A DNA stretch of 61,863 bases, the filler included. It is 5 parts of 5 records of this genome, joined end to end, with 100 filler letters (N's around TTAATTAATTAA, not from the genome) between each part and the next. Parts side by side here need not be neighbours in the genome. Positions count along the whole stretch, not along the records: positions 55,913 to 61,863 come from SRR22947725_1372; 4 more parts are not named here. One strand, written 5' to 3'. The notes beneath the pieces are model-generated. The model was not told the DNA's origin. It did not search any database and saw only the letters and a list, made by a program, of their open reading frames with translations. The first letter of the stretch is position 1. The number at the start of each line of letters is the position of its first letter. The position numbers and the translations under genes were made by a program. Positions 58,422-61,863 of the stretch are shown here, piece after piece.

Positions 58422-59165
58422 CTAGAGCGCGCCGGTTTGTTTACCAACAAGGCGAAAAAACAGGCGGTCGGGCAAAAGCCGAAGCAACCCCATCTTGCGG
58501 GTAAAGGATTTTGGAAAATTAATTGAAAAATCATGCCCTTGCATACCGTTGATAATGGTGCTGGCAGCGCTGTCAGCACTAATCAGATCGGGCATTTCAA
58601 AATCATTGACGGCGGTTGCTTCGCTATCGACAAATCCGGGGCAGATAACCTGAATTTTAAGGCCGTGCGGCACAAGATCAAAATACAGCGACTCGGCAAG
58701 TGATATCAATGCCGCCTTGGTCGGGCCATAGGCAGCTGATTTGGGCAATCCGCGCCATCCCGCAACCGATGACACAATGGCAATATGGCCTTTGCCATCG
58801 CGAACCATATCGGGAACGAGGCCAGCCAAGGCATTGACCACGCCAAGATAATTGATGGTCATGTGATTGGCATAGATTTGCGGATCAATTTTTGTGCCAT
58901 CCTGCGGCTGATAAATGCCAGCATTCAAAATAGCGACATCAATTGCGCCTGATTTAGCCTTGGCTTTGCGAATGGCGTAGGCGAGACTTTCTGTGTCGCC
59001 AACATCAGCAGTATAGCCATTAAATGAGTTAAGTTGGTTTGCTAAAGCTGTAAGGCGCTGCTTTCGGCGTGCAACACCGCTTACCGCATGGCCGTTTGCC
59101 GTCAATTGTGTAGCAAGCGCAGCCCCAATGCCGGAAGAAGAGCCTGTAATTAAGTAATGTGACAT
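58422..59165 (-). CDS. Short-chain dehydrogenase/reductase
   Basis: TGSSSGIG, NAG, SSVAG, YGPTK and PGFV; likely start MSHYLITG at 59165. Confidence 0.92.
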   Translation of the reverse strand: MSHYLITGSSSGIGAALATQLTANGHAVSGVARRKQRLTALANQLNSFNGYTADVGDTESLAYAIRKAKAKSGAIDVAILNAGIYQPQDGTKIDPQIYANHMTINYLGVVNALAGLVPDMVRDGKGHIAIVSSVAGWRGLPKSAAYGPTKAALISLAESLYFDLVPHGLKIQVICPGFVDSEATAVNDFEMPDLISADSAASTIINGMQGHDFSINFPKSFTRKMGLLRLLPDRLFFRLVGKQTGAL

Positions 59166-59172
59166 TAATAAT

Positions 59173-60360
59173 TTATCCACGACTTCTGAAGTTTACGGGA
59201 AAAGTAACATAATCGAGCTTCAAACCTTGCGGTGCCATGGGAAATTTTCCGGACATTCTAATTACATCAATAAAGTTTTTAATAGACTCATTAGTAACTG
59301 ATTTCCCAATCGTTTCGATGCTCAAAATTTCTCCTGTTTTACTGATTTTAAAGCTAATTCTAACATCGCTGCTCAGCTTTGATTCTAAAGTTCGTTCTAC
59401 TATATCACTCCGAATTGTCGCCGCCCAATTTTTGAGCAGTTGTTTTTTTACAGCAAATTCTTTGGTAGAAGTGGAAAATTGAGTTTGAGTTGTAAAGCTC
59501 TGATTTTGATTATATAAATCTGCATTTATTGAGGCTGTCTTTGTGTCTGGTGTGTTTTCTAGAAGATCTAAAATTAAAGTTTTTTTGCTATTAATTTTTC
59601 CAAAATTGTCAGATTTTTTACCTTCAAAGATTTTAGTTTGAATTTGTTCGGCGTCAGGTGCGGCGGCTAATGTTTTATTCAGGCTTGTACCCATCTGATT
59701 TGTCGGTGATTTGCTATCACTTGCAGTTACCAGGCGACGGTTTTGCTGATCCGGCTTTTTAGGTTGACTTGATAGCCTTGCATCAAGATCAGTTTTGTGG
59801 TTACCGGTAGCTTTATCATTAAAAGCATTTTTGTCCATATATTCGGGTTTTCTGGCTGCCAGATCGCTAAAGCTGGCGTCTGTTAGAGCTGTCTTCTGGT
59901 TTGGGTTTCTTGTCTGCAGTGTCTCTTTTGCAATGATTGTGGAATTTGGCTTTGGCTTTGGCTTTGGGATTGTCTTTAGCTTGTTATTTGAAATTTCTGA
60001 TGAAAGAACCTCGGGTTCTGTAATAGATTTTGACTGAGAAACAATCTTAACCTCTGAAATGATATCGGGCTTTGACACAACACTTTGCTTTGAAACACTT
60101 ATGGACTTCACTTTAGAAGCCGCCTTAGAAACCGCCTTAGCAATATCCTTGGGGATTTCCTTTTGTGACAATTTATCTGGCTCTGGCTGGTAAATAACAA
60201 ATTCAACCGTTTTAAACTCATCGTTTGTATGATTTGTTTTTGCAGGGTATGCCTCTCTAAGTGCTATAATTAAAGCAATGTGAACCAGCACAGATATTAG
60301 CCAACTGTTTGATATAAGTTGGCTTGGTATTCGCATGATAGAGAAACCCTTTTTTAACAT
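59173..60360 (-). CDS. TonB/TolA-like energy-transducer protein
   Basis: TM with SVLVH motif, long Lys/Ser/Pro-rich linker (PKPKPKP) and C-terminal F.I...G.I...FP..P domain. Confidence 0.7.
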   Translation of the reverse strand: MLKKGFSIMRIPSQLISNSWLISVLVHIALIIALREAYPAKTNHTNDEFKTVEFVIYQPEPDKLSQKEIPKDIAKAVSKAASKVKSISVSKQSVVSKPDIISEVKIVSQSKSITEPEVLSSEISNNKLKTIPKPKPKPNSTIIAKETLQTRNPNQKTALTDASFSDLAARKPEYMDKNAFNDKATGNHKTDLDARLSSQPKKPDQQNRRLVTASDSKSPTNQMGTSLNKTLAAAPDAEQIQTKIFEGKKSDNFGKINSKKTLILDLLENTPDTKTASINADLYNQNQSFTTQTQFSTSTKEFAVKKQLLKNWAATIRSDIVERTLESKLSSDVRISFKISKTGEILSIETIGKSVTNESIKNFIDVIRMSGKFPMAPQGLKLDYVTFPVNFRSRG

Positions 60361-61064
60361 AAGAAGATTTCCTTAAAATGTTTTTTGCTTAACAGTCTGT
60401 TTGGTGAGCCATCCGCGACAACCTTGCCAGCTTTTATCCCTAAAAATCGGGTAAAGTAACTTTGCGCGATTTCAACGTCATGTAGCGAAGCAATTATAGT
60501 TATGCCAGTCTTGGAAAGCTCTTGAATAAGCGACAGGACTGATATTTTTTGAACGGGGTCAAGACTGGCGAGTGGTTCATCTAAAAATATTGTTGATGTT
60601 TGTTGAACCAGCGCCCGAGCGATAAGCACGGACGTTAATTCACCGCCTGACAGGGACCCGATGTTTCGGTTGCTCAGTTTAGATGTGTTTGTTGCTAGCA
60701 ATGCATCCTTGATCGAAAAGTTGATTTTATCGGATAAATTCACATTTGATTCATTCTGATACCTAAAATTTCGCAGAGTAAAACCGAGCAGCGTTTCGAC
60801 GCTAACATCCCAAACAATTTCCCTTGTTTGCGGGACCCAGGCTGACAAGCGCGCTCTGTCTTCAAAACTTTGTGAAGAAATATTGGAAAATCCTTGATGC
60901 GGTACGAGGCCTATAATCGCCTTCATCAAGGTTGATTTTCCCGCACCATTCAAGCCAATAATTCCTACAGCTTCACCCGAATTTACTGATAGGGTTGTGG
61001 GCTGAACAAGCTGTGCTCCATTCAACGTTACACTGAGATTTGAGGTTTTGATGCTATGAGGCAT
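60354..61064 (-). CDS. Iron/cobalamin ABC transporter ATPase (BtuD/FecE-like)
   Basis: GLNGAGKST, LSGGE, FLDEP and SLHD. Confidence 0.88.
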   Translation of the reverse strand: MPHSIKTSNLSVTLNGAQLVQPTTLSVNSGEAVGIIGLNGAGKSTLMKAIIGLVPHQGFSNISSQSFEDRARLSAWVPQTREIVWDVSVETLLGFTLRNFRYQNESNVNLSDKINFSIKDALLATNTSKLSNRNIGSLSGGELTSVLIARALVQQTSTIFLDEPLASLDPVQKISVLSLIQELSKTGITIIASLHDVEIAQSYFTRFLGIKAGKVVADGSPNRLLSKKHFKEIFLC

Positions 61065-61065
61065 A

Positions 61066-61863
61066 TCAATTCCTCTGCTTGCTTACGAGGTAAAGGAAAA
61101 ATGGTGTCCCCAAAAGTGCAGTTAGGACGCCCAGCTTTATTTCACTGGCGGTTGGTAGCAACCTGATGGTTATATCTGATATTAGCACTAGCAGTGCGGC
61201 AATTGGTGGCGTCCATATGAGGGTCTTTCCTGGCTCATGTCTGACAAATGGCCGGACAATATGCGGTGTCACCAGGCCTACAAAGCCAACAATCCCAACC
61301 ACGGATGTGATAGAGCCTACGGTGAGCGCTGTGCCAACCAGTATGTCGCGCCGTAATTTTGGGATGTTGGCGCCGATGGACGTGGCAGTCTCTTCACCCA
61401 ATGTTAACAGATCTAAGCCATTAGCAGCGCGCAGCAGAAAGAATGAGCCGAGCATCACCAGCGGCGCAGACATGAGAACATGATGATAGGACACATCGGT
61501 AACCGATCCCAACATCCAGAAAACAATCTCATTAATGGCAAAGGGGTTCTCAGAAAGGCTGAGGATAAGAGTGGTAAAAGCGCCGGAAAGGGAAGAAATA
61601 CCAACGCCGATAAGAATAACGCTATGTTTGCTAGCAGCTTTGCTAGTGAGTTTTATGAGGGCCCAAGAGGCAATAGCGGCAAACCCAAGGGAAAAGGCCG
61701 GTGTGTAGTAGAGGCCCAAAGCACTGAAGCCAAGCCCAATCGACAAAACAGCGCCAAGGGCGGCGGCGGAGCTTATGCCGACAACACTTGGTTCGGCCAG
61801 CGGGTTGCGAAGAAAGCCCTGCAGGCCGGCGCCAGCAATGCCAAGTCCAAAGCCAACAATCAA
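61066..61863 (-). CDS. FecCD/BtuC-family ABC permease (5'-truncated by window end)
   Basis: LQGFLRNPLAEP, FWMLGS, LGEETA, GFVGLVTPH and G.PFF. Confidence 0.92.
   Translation of the reverse strand: MIVGFGLGIAGAGLQGFLRNPLAEPSVVGISSAAALGAVLSIGLGFSALGLYYTPAFSLGFAAIASWALIKLTSKAASKHSVILIGVGISSLSGAFTTLILSLSENPFAINEIVFWMLGSVTDVSYHHVLMSAPLVMLGSFFLLRAANGLDLLTLGEETATSIGANIPKLRRDILVGTALTVGSITSVVGIVGFVGLVTPHIVRPFVRHEPGKTLIWTPPIAALLVLISDITIRLLPTASEIKLGVLTALLGTPFFLYLVSKQRN

Noticed and set aside
59946-59968. TTTGGC tandem repeat
   Set aside because: It encodes the PKPKPKP linker typical of TonB-like proteins.

Overview
This window is not one continuous locus. It is five unrelated contigs, probably from a marine metagenome, joined by identical 100-nt artificial linkers (N44-TTAATTAATTAA-N44) at 18782, 39658, 48078 and 55813. 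Taxonomic labels are my inference from gene content and composition. Contig 1 (1-18781, AT-rich, Marinimicrobia-like) opens with a tightly coupled six-gene operon of unknown function (DUF6754-type) that runs into lat-rsmI-tmk-S41 protease-TPP enzyme. It also has two signal-peptide-bearing SDRs, tRNA-Val(GAC) carrying a 510-bp integrase-less mini-island with repeat-flanked microprotein cassettes, DUF2207, a run of four membrane microproteins, a CADD-type enzyme, a beta-barrel and apt. Contig 2 (18882-39657) is a streamlined alphaproteobacterial housekeeping region (proC, lgt, prs, rplY, pth, ychF, petABC, hemF, cca, uppP, lptCAB, ptsN, tRNA-Ala). It has tandem NrdR-like boxes before ybjN and a CysJ/DUF6111-like chimeric ORF. 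Contig 3 (39758-48077) is Flavobacteriia-like (mutS, folK-dNK, sppA, rluF). Contig 4 (48178-55812) is Verrucomicrobia-like and has a C11 tract that frameshifts a lipoprotein leader off a YyaL-type gene. Contig 5 (55913-61863) is SAR116-like, with DUF1365-cfa, NTF2, SDR, TonB-like and Fe/B12 ABC genes. The best candidates for an undescribed system are the DUF6754-type membrane operon (1-4553) and the tRNA-anchored microprotein cassette island (12861-13418). All family calls come from motif recognition by eye; no searches were run.
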